From positions 1-64,000 of the IMG/VR virus record IMGVR_UViG_3300035698_019895: a stretch of DNA of 64,000 bases; one strand, written 5' to 3'. Position 1 is the stretch's first letter. Every line of letters starts with the position of its first letter. The notes below the pieces were generated by a model. The model did no database searches. It was not told the DNA's origin and worked only from the letters and a program-made list of their open reading frames with translations. Below are positions 17,635 through 27,254 of this stretch, one piece after another. This stretch comes from a virus. The position numbers were made by a program, and so were the translations under genes.

Positions 17635-17817
17635 ATGAAGACTAATATACTACTTATAAATCCAAAAAAATGTGATGATAGATGTCCACATCTTACATTT
17701 GACGATTCATGTGGAATGATTATCTATTATTGTAAAGCTGGATATTTTGGAAGAATTTTAGCTGACTATAAAAATCTACATCGTCCTCAAAAATGTATAG
17801 AGGAAAATGGATTATGA
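17635..17817 (+). CDS. small Cys-rich protein, paralog of 8968..9126
   Basis: INPKKCDDRCP...RPQKCIEENGL. Confidence 0.6.
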   Translation: MKTNILLINPKKCDDRCPHLTFDDSCGMIIYYCKAGYFGRILADYKNLHRPQKCIEENGL

Positions 17818-17935
17818 CTAACGAACAAATATTAAAGAAAGCTATAATGGAATGTTGGGCATATCACCTACAACGAATGGTCTTAGAACCCGAACCGTTA
17901 AAATATTTAGAAAAGTTTTTAACAAAGGAGCAAAA

Positions 17936-19039
17936 ATGAGAAGTTTTAATTTACCAGATGACTATAAACCGTATATAGATAAATATTTTCTTCGAGCAAA
18001 AGAAATACTACAAAAAGAAAACTTGAATCCAATAGTAAAAGCTCAAGTATTCATTAGAAAAGGAGATTGTAAATTATATGGTATTGATGAAGCAATAGCA
18101 ATCATCATGAACTATGCTTCTAACAATAAACTTATTAAGATACATGCTCTACAAGAAGGTGACCATTTCGAACCTCGTGAAACATTAATGACTATTGAAG
18201 CTCCTATCCAAGAAATTATTGATTTAGAAACAATGTATTTAGGAGTTTTAAGTGCTGAGACAACTACTCATAATGATAATAGAGATATAGATTTTGTAGA
18301 AGTAGAAAAAAATATGAAGCAAGTAGTAGATTTAGTAGATGGAAGACCTGTATCTTACTTTGGTGCTAGACATTGGAGATATGATGCAGATTTCCAAATA
18401 GCTGCTGCTTGTTTTAGAGGAGGAGCTAAAACTTGTTCTACAGATATAGGAGGTTCAGCAAATGCAACTAAAGGTATGGGTACTATTCCTCATGCATTAC
18501 AAGTTATATATCACTGGAAATATGGATTGAAAAAAGCAGTAGTAGAATCAACTAAAGCTTTCGATAGACATATGAACAAAGAAATTCCTAGAATAGCTTT
18601 AATAGATTATGCTAATAGAGAAATAAGTGACACTATTTTAACAGTTAATGAAATACCCCATCTATCTGGAATTAGAATAGATACTTGCGGAGAAAATGTT
18701 ATGCAAGGTTGTTTTGCCAATCCAGATAATGACAATATGGAAAAATTTATATTTGATAAAGGAGTTTGTGTGTTAGGCACTACTTTATTAAGAGATGTAT
18801 TAAAAACTGAAGGTAATTATAAAATAATGCTTTCTAGTGGATTTGGCAATCCAGAAAAAGTAAAAGCATTTCTTACAGCAGAAAAAGATTTAGGATATAA
18901 AATATTCGATGGACTAGGAGTTGGCGGAGTATTTGAATCTCGTATGGCAACTATGGATATAATTTCTGTAGACGGTCAAAAGATTCACAAAGTTGGTAGA
19001 ATTCCTAGACTTAATGAAAAATTAAAGCAAGTGGTGTAA
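17936..19039 (+). CDS. pncB: nicotinate phosphoribosyltransferase (type II PRTase)
   Basis: YIDKYFL, FGARH, GTIPHAL, ALIDY, GIRIDT, LSSGF, MATMDI; AGGAG precedes ATG 17936 (ORF track starts at 17852). Confidence 0.8.
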   Translation: MRSFNLPDDYKPYIDKYFLRAKEILQKENLNPIVKAQVFIRKGDCKLYGIDEAIAIIMNYASNNKLIKIHALQEGDHFEPRETLMTIEAPIQEIIDLETMYLGVLSAETTTHNDNRDIDFVEVEKNMKQVVDLVDGRPVSYFGARHWRYDADFQIAAACFRGGAKTCSTDIGGSANATKGMGTIPHALQVIYHWKYGLKKAVVESTKAFDRHMNKEIPRIALIDYANREISDTILTVNEIPHLSGIRIDTCGENVMQGCFANPDNDNMEKFIFDKGVCVLGTTLLRDVLKTEGNYKIMLSSGFGNPEKVKAFLTAEKDLGYKIFDGLGVGGVFESRMATMDIISVDGQKIHKVGRIPRLNEKLKQVV

Positions 19040-19048
19040 GGAGATTTT

Positions 19049-19507
19049 ATGAATGGTTTAGAAGGCGAAAAATTATTAAAAAAAGCAGAAGCAATAGCCA
19101 GAAAAGCACATGATGGACAATTTCGATATGATGATAAAACTCCTTTTATAGAACATCCTAAATATGTTGCTGAATTATTCATAATAACAAAGCGACTTCC
19201 TATTGTTATTCATCATTATGACTACGAAGCAATGATAGTTGCATGGTTGCATGACGTCATAGAAGATAGTAGTATGACTTATGACGTATTGATAAATGAA
19301 GGTATTCCCATAGATTTAGTATATACTATTTCTATTTTGACAAGAAACGAAAAAGAAAGCTACTTGAATTATATATTAAGAATAAAAAGAAATGAATTAG
19401 CTAGAAAAGTAAAATTGGCGGATTTAGCTCATAATATACTTACATCTAATAATAAACATCAAGTAGATAAATATTTATTGGCTCAACATATTTTAGGAAC
19501 GATATGA
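19049..19507 (+). CDS. HD-domain small alarmone hydrolase (SpoT/Mesh1-like)
   Basis: AH.GQ.R....PFIEHP..VA, AWLHDVIED, LTR, VKLADLAHN. Confidence 0.85.
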   Translation: MNGLEGEKLLKKAEAIARKAHDGQFRYDDKTPFIEHPKYVAELFIITKRLPIVIHHYDYEAMIVAWLHDVIEDSSMTYDVLINEGIPIDLVYTISILTRNEKESYLNYILRIKRNELARKVKLADLAHNILTSNNKHQVDKYLLAQHILGTI

Positions 19508-19836
19508 TTTATATATGGATTTTAGCACTTCATTTTATAGCTGATTTTCTTTGTCAGTCTAGAGAAATGGCACTTAAAAAGTCTGTAGATAAACATATAT
19601 TGTTTAATCATTGTTTTATCATCTTTATTGTATTATCACTAGGCACATTTAATATATTGTTTGCTTTATTCAACGCAATAACACATGCTTTTATAGATTG
19701 GAATATATGGCGTGTTTATAGAATAAATAAACAACAAGATTTTGAGTTCTGGAAAGACCATTGGTTCTATGTTACAATAGGATTTGACCAATTGTTACAT
19801 ACAAGCTTACTTATGTTATCATGGAGTTTATTATAA
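19504..19836 (+). CDS. DUF3307-like membrane protein
   Basis: HFIADFLCQ, H.FID, GFDQLLH. Confidence 0.75.
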   Translation: MIYIWILALHFIADFLCQSREMALKKSVDKHILFNHCFIIFIVLSLGTFNILFALFNAITHAFIDWNIWRVYRINKQQDFEFWKDHWFYVTIGFDQLLHTSLLMLSWSLL

Positions 19837-20255
19837 TGAAATTATTATATCCCGGGACTTTTAATCCATTTCATAAAGGACATAAAGATATATTTGATAA
19901 AGCATCTAAACTTGGGACAGTTATTCTCGCTAAATATGGAGAAAATTACAAAGTAAAACATAATTGGAAAGACCTTATTGACGGAGAATATATTCTTAAT
20001 GGAGATAACCAGATAACGCTATACGGTTTTAAAAATCTGTTGGTTGATTTAGTTAAAAAAATAAAACCAGATGCTATAGTTAGAGGACTTAGAAATGGTA
20101 GTGACCTTCAGTACGAAATGAATATGCAATATTGGAATGAAGACTTAGGTATTAAAATACCAACTATATATTTTATATGTGATAGAACATTAAGTCATAT
20201 AAGTTCTTCTATAATGAGAGATATTAACTTTATAAACAAGGTGCAAAAAACATGA
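19821..20255 (+). CDS. coaD: phosphopantetheine adenylyltransferase-like nucleotidyltransferase
   Basis: YPGTFNPFHKGH, IVRGLRN.SD.QYE, HISSS. Confidence 0.75.
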   Translation: MEFIIMKLLYPGTFNPFHKGHKDIFDKASKLGTVILAKYGENYKVKHNWKDLIDGEYILNGDNQITLYGFKNLLVDLVKKIKPDAIVRGLRNGSDLQYEMNMQYWNEDLGIKIPTIYFICDRTLSHISSSIMRDINFINKVQKT

Positions 20256-20632
20256 TTATATTTCAAAAATTTATTTACAGAGAAGATTTAAAGACTAATC
20301 AAGGAGTAATGTATTTGTTTGGTGATAATGATATGAGAGTAGGAAAGGGTGGTCAGGCTAAAGAAATGAGAGGAGAACCTAATGCTATTGGTATCAGAGT
20401 TAAAAAAGCACCAAAAACTACCAACGCATATTATACTGATGAAGAATATCAAAGTAATATTGAAAAAATAAATGAAGATTTAAAGAGTGTAGAAGAACGT
20501 TTAAAATCTGGTGGGAATGTAGTAGTTCCTACTGATGGAATGGGAACTGGTTTAGCAAGATTAGAAGAGTTTGCTCCTAAAACTTTAAGATATTTACAAA
20601 ACAGATTACTAGAATTTATGGAGAAGTATTAA
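20252..20632 (+). CDS. conserved phage protein, macro-like fold (uncertain)
   Basis: YLFGDN..R.GKGGQA..MRGEPNAIGI, P.DG.GTGLA. Confidence 0.6.
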   Translation: MIIFQKFIYREDLKTNQGVMYLFGDNDMRVGKGGQAKEMRGEPNAIGIRVKKAPKTTNAYYTDEEYQSNIEKINEDLKSVEERLKSGGNVVVPTDGMGTGLARLEEFAPKTLRYLQNRLLEFMEKY

Positions 20633-20988
20633 TGAAATATGGAATAGTAGGAAACAGAAGTGGTTGGAATAGTGAATTTGTTTTTAAGACACTCAATAAG
20701 TATAATATAAGTTCTAAAGATATAATTATATCGGGAGGAGCTTTAGGAATAGATACTTATGCTCAATGGTATGCTAAACAAGTTGGTGCTCAAATGATAA
20801 TAGTATATCCAAATCCAAAAGAACCTAGTCCTCAACGATACTTTATCAGAAATAAAGATATAGCAGAAATGTGTGATATATTAATAGCTTTTGATAAAGG
20901 TAGTTCGTCAGGCTCAGGAACTTTAAATACTATAAATCATGCAAAAAGAATGAACAAAGAAGTTACTGTAATAAAGGAGATGAAATGA
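20632..20988 (+). CDS. SLOG superfamily (YspA/DprA-like) protein
   Basis: GIVGNR, IISGGALGIDT, RNKDIA..CD.LIAF...SGT.NT. Confidence 0.82.
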   Translation: MKYGIVGNRSGWNSEFVFKTLNKYNISSKDIIISGGALGIDTYAQWYAKQVGAQMIIVYPNPKEPSPQRYFIRNKDIAEMCDILIAFDKGSSSGSGTLNTINHAKRMNKEVTVIKEMK

Positions 20989-21135
20989 GTATGTTTAGCT
21001 GGGCAACCGCAAAAACAAATCAAGAAGCTGCTGATAAAGCTTTGAAAGAAATTAAGAAAGAAGTTAAAAAAAAGAAACTAAACAAAAATATAGTAACTGG
21101 TGCAAAAATAATGTATTCAAAATTAGATAAAGCAG

Positions 21136-21711
21136 GTGTTTTTGATGAATAAGATAATGAAAATAGGGATATTTGGTGGAAGTTTTGACCCGATTCATTA
21201 CGGTCATTTAATGTTAGCAAATTTTGCTAAACATGAACTTAAATTAGATAAAGTAATTTTTGTACCAAGTTATAAATCTCCAAAGAATTATAAAACAGGA
21301 ACAACTGATTATAAACACAGATTAAATATGCTAGAGTTAGCTCTGACTAATGAAAGTGGTTTTGAAATAAGTGATGTAGAAATTAAAAGACGCAAAATTT
21401 CTTATACAATAGATACAGTAAAATATTTTAAAAAGAGATATCCAAAATATAAGCTATATTTAATAATAGGTAATGATTGTCTCATAACTTTTGACTCATG
21501 GAAAAATAGTGAAAAAATTTCTAAGTTCATTAATGTAAAGTTTGGAATTAACATTCTTGGTTTTATAGACTCTAGTTTCTATTGTCCAAAAATAGATATT
21601 CATTCTACTTTAATTAGAGAGTTAATATCTAAAAATAGACCTATAAAATATTTAGTTCCTGAAAGCGTTAAAGACTATATCGAGTATTATAAAGTATATA
21701 AAAGGAGATAA
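21136..21711 (+). CDS. nadD: nicotinate-nucleotide adenylyltransferase
   Basis: GIFGGSFDPIHYGHL, R..ML.LA, E..R...SYTIDT, IIG.D, IHSTLIR, YLVPESV..YI. Confidence 0.92.
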   Translation: MFLMNKIMKIGIFGGSFDPIHYGHLMLANFAKHELKLDKVIFVPSYKSPKNYKTGTTDYKHRLNMLELALTNESGFEISDVEIKRRKISYTIDTVKYFKKRYPKYKLYLIIGNDCLITFDSWKNSEKISKFINVKFGINILGFIDSSFYCPKIDIHSTLIRELISKNRPIKYLVPESVKDYIEYYKVYKRR

Positions 21712-21958
21712 TATGATATTAAAAGTGTTGTTTGGTCGAAGAACCGGAAGCTATAAAGATGAATATGCTCCGGAAGCTTTAAATATTTCTGATGAATATA
21801 CTGATGATGAGAATCCAGATTTTATTGCAGATAAATTAAAAGAGTATCAAAAGCAAGAGATATTTGATGGTTTGGAAATAATTGAAATAGAAGTGGATGA
21901 AGACAAAATAATTTCTATTTTGAATCCTGCAAATAGAGTTGAAGGAAAAATAAAATAG

Positions 21959-22708
21959 ATGAATTATCAACATGATAATGTTTTTCTAATGGGAAAAACC
22001 CATAAAGTTTGTCAAGATTATGCTTATTCAGATTCTTCGTGTTTAATTATATCTGATGGCTGTTCTGGTTCACCAAACTCTGATATAGGTGCCAGAATAC
22101 TAACTTTATGTGCAAAAAGTATTTTACAAGATTCCAAAGAAAGAGATTATAAACAGTTTGGTTATACTGTAATAACTAAAGCTCGTACAATTATTGATGC
22201 TATGAGATTAAATAAAGAGTGTTTAGACGCTACTTTAATTGTAGCATTTCCAGAAGAAGATTCTATAAAAGTTTTTATGTATGGTGATGGCACTATTATC
22301 AATACAAAATTAGATAATTCTTTAGAAGTTAAAAGAGTGTTATATGTTAGTGGAGCACCGTATTACTTATCTTATTGGATTGACAAAGCAAGATTGAAAG
22401 GTTATCACAGAGAATTTAACGCACCTTTGTTTATAAAAGATACGATGGCAGTTTATGATTCTGAAATTTCATTTACTTTTTATACAAGTCGAATAACTAT
22501 AGCATCTGATGGTCTATCTACTTTCTTCTGTCCATCAACAGGAATTAAAACAAAAGAATCAGATGTTGCTACTTCTATGACTTCTTTTAAAACTTTAAAA
22601 GGTGAATTTTTAAAAAGAAGAGTATTAAAAGCTGTTCAAGATTATGCCAAAAGAGATATCTACCACATGGATGATATAGCTTTGGCTTCATTTAATTTGA
22701 GATATTAA
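21959..22708 (+). CDS. PP2C-like phosphatase (TerY-P triad type)
   Basis: H..CQDY, ISDGCSGS, DATL, GDG, IASDGL, DDI. Confidence 0.85.
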   Translation: MNYQHDNVFLMGKTHKVCQDYAYSDSSCLIISDGCSGSPNSDIGARILTLCAKSILQDSKERDYKQFGYTVITKARTIIDAMRLNKECLDATLIVAFPEEDSIKVFMYGDGTIINTKLDNSLEVKRVLYVSGAPYYLSYWIDKARLKGYHREFNAPLFIKDTMAVYDSEISFTFYTSRITIASDGLSTFFCPSTGIKTKESDVATSMTSFKTLKGEFLKRRVLKAVQDYAKRDIYHMDDIALASFNLRY

Positions 22709-22709
22709 T

Positions 22710-24395
22710 ATGAGAGTATATATTCAAGGAAGACAAAAAAGAGAAGAAAATCTTACTGATAGAGATTATATTACTGAAGGTGGAGAAGGTAGAATTTACG
22801 GTAAGCATGGAATAATATATAAACTATATTTTGACCCTAAAAAAGTTATTCCAAAAGCCAAAATAGATGAATTAAAAAAGATAGATAGACCAAATATATT
22901 ATGTCCTCAAGATATAATTCTTAATAAAAAATTAGCACCTATAGGGACTACGATGAAATGGATAAAAAATGTTGAACCTATCTGTAAATTGTTTAGTAAT
23001 GATTTTAAAAGCAGACTCAATATTAAACCAAACAATATAGTTATGTTAGTAGAAAGATTAGCAAAAGATATTAAATTTATTCATGATAACAATTGTTTAA
23101 TTGTAGATGGAAATGAAATGAATTATTTAGTAGATAATAAAACATTTTTAACACCTTACTTTATAGATGTAGATAGTTATCAAACTTCTCATTTTCCGGC
23201 TACAGCTATAAGTCCGGCTATAAAAGATTATCATAGCAAAAGGTTTTCTAATTTAAGTGATTGGTTTTCATTTGCGATAATAGCTACTCAACTATTTATT
23301 GGGATTCATCCATACAAAGGAACTCATCCAAAATATAAAAAATATGAGTTAGAAAAACGTATGAGAGATAATGTTTCTATATTTAATTCTAAAGTTAAAT
23401 TACCAGCATCTGTTAAAGATTTTAGTTATATACCAAAAAATTATATAGATTGGTTTATAAAACTCTTTGAAAAAGGGATAAGAACCATATCTCCATCAGT
23501 TGCTGGACAAGTAATTGTAAGTATGAAAGTGAAAACAATAAAAAGCACTAACTTGTTTACTATTCAGTTAATAAGAGAAGTAGATGATGATATTATAGAT
23601 TATAATTCTGAAGTAATATTTACAAAAGATAAAGCATATTTAAATAAATTAGAAATTCCTTGTACTGCTAACACTAATGTTTTATTTACAAAACAATCTT
23701 TAACACCATTTTTTATTGACATTAAAGATAACAAGTTGGAGCTGAAGAAGTCTAATGAAGAATCAATACCTTGTAATATACACGCAACGAATAAAACTTT
23801 TATAAATGATATGCTGTTTATTTTGATGAATGATTTGCTTTGTGAAGTAGATGTTGAAGAAATGAATTCTAAATTTATTCCAGTAATAAAATCCACATGG
23901 AATGTGTTACCTAATTCTACAAAGATTTTTAATGGTATAGTTTATCAAGATGTTTTAGGAATGCCTTGTTTAGTAATTCCTTATAAATTAGATAATGGAA
24001 AAACAGCTTGTAGAATTCAAATGGTGAATGAATTAAAGAGATATAAGATATTAGAAGCAAAGCATGATAATCAAGTTGTTATGATTATAGGATATAAGAG
24101 TAATAAATATACGAGATTTATATTTAAATTTGATAATGATTATAAAACATATAATTGTAGGAAGGAGGAAGATGAAAGATATCATATTCCAAATTTTGTA
24201 ACATTAAGTAATAACATTGTAGTATGTATTACTCCAGATGATACAATAGAAATTTTTAACAAAAGATTGGATAAGAATGATATCAAAAAAGTAGTGGATA
24301 AAGACATTAATTTCGATATGAAACTTTGTAGAAAAGGAATTGATGTTTTGTTTAGACAGAATAAAAAGTTATTTAAAATTGGTATGAATAAATAA
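22710..24395 (+). CDS. Ser/Thr kinase-like protein (YegI/TerY-P type) with large C-terminal beta domain
   Basis: GGEGRIY, YKLY, H....IVDGNEMNYLV, FIDVDS, DWFSFAII..QLFIGIHPYKG. Confidence 0.85.
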   Translation: MRVYIQGRQKREENLTDRDYITEGGEGRIYGKHGIIYKLYFDPKKVIPKAKIDELKKIDRPNILCPQDIILNKKLAPIGTTMKWIKNVEPICKLFSNDFKSRLNIKPNNIVMLVERLAKDIKFIHDNNCLIVDGNEMNYLVDNKTFLTPYFIDVDSYQTSHFPATAISPAIKDYHSKRFSNLSDWFSFAIIATQLFIGIHPYKGTHPKYKKYELEKRMRDNVSIFNSKVKLPASVKDFSYIPKNYIDWFIKLFEKGIRTISPSVAGQVIVSMKVKTIKSTNLFTIQLIREVDDDIIDYNSEVIFTKDKAYLNKLEIPCTANTNVLFTKQSLTPFFIDIKDNKLELKKSNEESIPCNIHATNKTFINDMLFILMNDLLCEVDVEEMNSKFIPVIKSTWNVLPNSTKIFNGIVYQDVLGMPCLVIPYKLDNGKTACRIQMVNELKRYKILEAKHDNQVVMIIGYKSNKYTRFIFKFDNDYKTYNCRKEEDERYHIPNFVTLSNNIVVCITPDDTIEIFNKRLDKNDIKKVVDKDINFDMKLCRKGIDVLFRQNKKLFKIGMNK

Positions 24396-24404
24396 GGAGG
24401 AAAA

Positions 24405-25211
24405 ATGGATAAGAAATTTAAAGTTCATTTGGTAATAATTGACCCACAGTATGACTTTTGTAACTCAAAAGGTGCTCTGTTTGTAGCAGGTGCTGATAAA
24501 GATATGGAAAATTTGGCGAATATGATAGATAGAATAGGTTCTAGACTTGATGATATTCATGTTACATTGGATAGCCATCATTTAGTAGATATTGCTCATC
24601 CAATTTTTTGGATAGATTCTACTGGGAAACATCCAGCTCCATTCACTATTATAACTGCAGATGATGTAACGTCTGGAAAATATACCACAACTAATCCTGC
24701 ATTTTTGTCCAGAGCAATTGATTATGTTAAAGAATTAGCTAAGAACAATCGTTATCCTTTATGTATATGGCCACCTCACTGTTTAATCGGGAGTAATGGG
24801 TATAAAATAGAAGAAATTCTATATAAATCATTGTCAACTTGGGAAGAAAAGAATTTTGCAATGATTAATTTAGTTACTAAAGGTTCAAATTTTTGGACAG
24901 AACATTATAGTGCTGTAATGGCTGATGTTCCTGACCCTAGCGACCCTCATACTATGTTAAACACCTCGTTTATAAACACTCTGAAAGAAGCAGACATTGT
25001 TGCTTTGTCAGGTGAAGCTAAATCGCATTGTCTAGCAAATACAGTTAGAGATATTGCTAACAACTTTGGAGAAGAAAATATTTCCAAATTAGTATTGTTA
25101 GATGACTGTACTTCATCAGTTACTGGGTTTGAAAAATTAGGTGATGATTTTGTTTCTGAAATGACAAAAAGAGGATTAAAAGTTTCTAATTCTAAAGATT
25201 TCTTAAAATAA
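24405..25211 (+). CDS. pncA: nicotinamidase-like isochorismatase-family cysteine hydrolase
   Basis: IIDPQYDFC, GALFVAGA, DSH..H, WPPHC, KG, GEAKSHC (D/K/C triad). Confidence 0.8.
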   Translation: MDKKFKVHLVIIDPQYDFCNSKGALFVAGADKDMENLANMIDRIGSRLDDIHVTLDSHHLVDIAHPIFWIDSTGKHPAPFTIITADDVTSGKYTTTNPAFLSRAIDYVKELAKNNRYPLCIWPPHCLIGSNGYKIEEILYKSLSTWEEKNFAMINLVTKGSNFWTEHYSAVMADVPDPSDPHTMLNTSFINTLKEADIVALSGEAKSHCLANTVRDIANNFGEENISKLVLLDDCTSSVTGFEKLGDDFVSEMTKRGLKVSNSKDFLK

Positions 25212-25229
25212 TAATAGAGGAGGATTGTC

Positions 25230-25967
25230 ATGAAATTAATGAATGAAAATATGGAAAATTTATCTATCTTAGGTGGTAAGGGAGCCTTCAATTTCTCTGC
25301 TACTAAAATAGAGGACCTAGGTTCTACAGAGTATACTCTAGTTACTATAACATTAGATAAATCCGGTAGCGTGTCTTCTTACAGCTCTGAATTGTTGAAG
25401 GCTTTGAAATCAATAATTAACGCTTGTAAGAAAGCACCAAGAGCAGAAAATCTATTATTGAGAATAGTAGAATTTAACAGCAAACTTCAGGAAGTTCATG
25501 GATTTAAATTGCTTAGTACGATAAATGCTGATGATTATGATGAACCAAGTCCTGACGGAATGACAGCTCTTTTTGATTCTGTCTATGATAGTGTAGGAGC
25601 AACAGCTACTTATGCTAAGAAATTGACAGAACAAGATTTTGGAGTTAATGGTATTTGTTTTATTATCACTGATGGAGCTGACAATGTTTCTGTTTCTACT
25701 CCGAATATGGTTTTAGAAATGATTAAAAAAATTAAAGTTGGAGAAGAAATAGAATCTTTGATAACTGTATTAGTTGGTATTAACACATCTCAATGCAAAG
25801 ATGAATTAGAAAACTTTAAGGACGAAGCAAAGCTTACTCAATTTGTAGATGTAGGGGAAGCTACTAGTGGCAAGTTAGCCAAATTAGCTGCTTTCGTTAG
25901 TCAATCAATTAGTTCTCAAAGTCAATCTTTAGGTTCTGGTGGACCAAGTCAACAGTTAAACTTTTAG
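25230..25967 (+). CDS. TerY-like vWA domain protein
   Basis: MIDAS DKSGSV, GMTALFD, ITDGADN. Confidence 0.85.
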   Translation: MKLMNENMENLSILGGKGAFNFSATKIEDLGSTEYTLVTITLDKSGSVSSYSSELLKALKSIINACKKAPRAENLLLRIVEFNSKLQEVHGFKLLSTINADDYDEPSPDGMTALFDSVYDSVGATATYAKKLTEQDFGVNGICFIITDGADNVSVSTPNMVLEMIKKIKVGEEIESLITVLVGINTSQCKDELENFKDEAKLTQFVDVGEATSGKLAKLAAFVSQSISSQSQSLGSGGPSQQLNF

Positions 25968-26768
25968 TTGCAAGAGAAGGATATCAATATGTTAAAAATA
26001 GATTGTAAAAAAGAGACGGATAAAATAGTAAAATTTATCCAAGATACTTTCAAAGAAAAAGGATTTGAAAAAGCTGTCATTGGTGTCTCTGGTGGGTTAG
26101 ATAGTGCTGTTATAGTTGCTTTATTAGTAAAAGCATTAGGCAAAGATAATGTGTGTGGTTACTATATGCCAGTAGAAACTCCTAAAGATTTTACAGGTGA
26201 TGCTTATGTTGTTACTGATAGATTTAAAATTCATATGGACACTTTTGGAATTAAATCATTTATTGAGATGTTCACAACTACTTTTCTTGACCTAGCTGCT
26301 TACAAAATTAGAACAGGAAATATTATGGCTAGAACTAGAATGATGATTTTATATGATAGGTCTGCTTTTCATAAAGCTTTAGTAGTAGGAACAAGCAACA
26401 AGACAGAATTAACTTTGGGATATTTTACATTATATGGAGACAGTGCTTGTGCTTTAGAACCAATAGGACATTTATATAAAACACAAGTGAAACAGTTAGC
26501 AGAATATCTAGAAGTTCCTAAAAAAATTATAGAAAAAGCTCCAAGTGCAGAATTGTGGGAAGGCCAAACAGATGAAAACGAATTAGGTATGTCTTATGAA
26601 GAAATGGATAAAATACTTTTTATAATTATGTCTCCTCAATTTAGATATTGTGATATAGAAACAATAGATTTATTAGGATATAAAGAATTAAGAGAAAAAA
26701 TAGAAACACTGATAGACAACAATAGATTTAAATCAGAATCATCTAGAATAATAAGAGAACAATTATGA
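25968..26768 (+). CDS. nadE: NH3-dependent NAD+ synthetase
   Basis: GVSGGLDSA, GNIMARTRM, GTSNKTE..LGYFTLYGD, LYKTQV, KAPSAELWEGQTDE.ELG. Confidence 0.95.
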   Translation: MQEKDINMLKIDCKKETDKIVKFIQDTFKEKGFEKAVIGVSGGLDSAVIVALLVKALGKDNVCGYYMPVETPKDFTGDAYVVTDRFKIHMDTFGIKSFIEMFTTTFLDLAAYKIRTGNIMARTRMMILYDRSAFHKALVVGTSNKTELTLGYFTLYGDSACALEPIGHLYKTQVKQLAEYLEVPKKIIEKAPSAELWEGQTDENELGMSYEEMDKILFIIMSPQFRYCDIETIDLLGYKELREKIETLIDNNRFKSESSRIIREQL

Positions 26769-26966
26769 AAATAGGACAGAAAGTAAAAGCATTATCACCT
26801 TGTGATGGAAAAAGTTCGATTCAATTTGAAATAGGAAAAGTAATTTATATAGGAAGGAGAGTATTAGTAGAATTTTTTAGTAATGTATGTGGACATAATG
26901 GAAATGGAATAGGTAAGAATAGATATTGTTGGATGATTGATTTTAACAAATTACAGGAGGTATGAA

Positions 26967-27235
26967 ATGAGTAATAACTCAAGAGGATTGTTTGAAATAG
27001 TAGCTGTTAGTAAAGAAAGTGATGAAATAGTGTATGGAAAAAAATAGTAGCTGAAGGAGAAAAAGAAGCTCTTTTTGAAAGCGATTTAAAAGAACAGCTT
27101 AAAGCACAGGGTTTAAAGAAAGCAGATGTTTATATAATAGTTAAAGAATTCGGTGTATTGCCTGCTAAAGAGGATGTTAAAACAGTTAAGATTATAGGAC
27201 AAGTTGGTAAAACGCTTTTAGCTAAAGAGAAATAA
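26967..27235 (+). pseudogene. 89-aa ORF split by a -1 frameshift in an A7 run (pseudogene, programmed frameshift or assembly error)
   Basis: AGGAGG RBS, ATG 26967, GGA AAA AAA TAG at 27036-27047; the -1 frame stays open to TAA 27235. Confidence 0.55.
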
Positions 27236-27254
27236 TAAAGATAAGGAGATTAAA

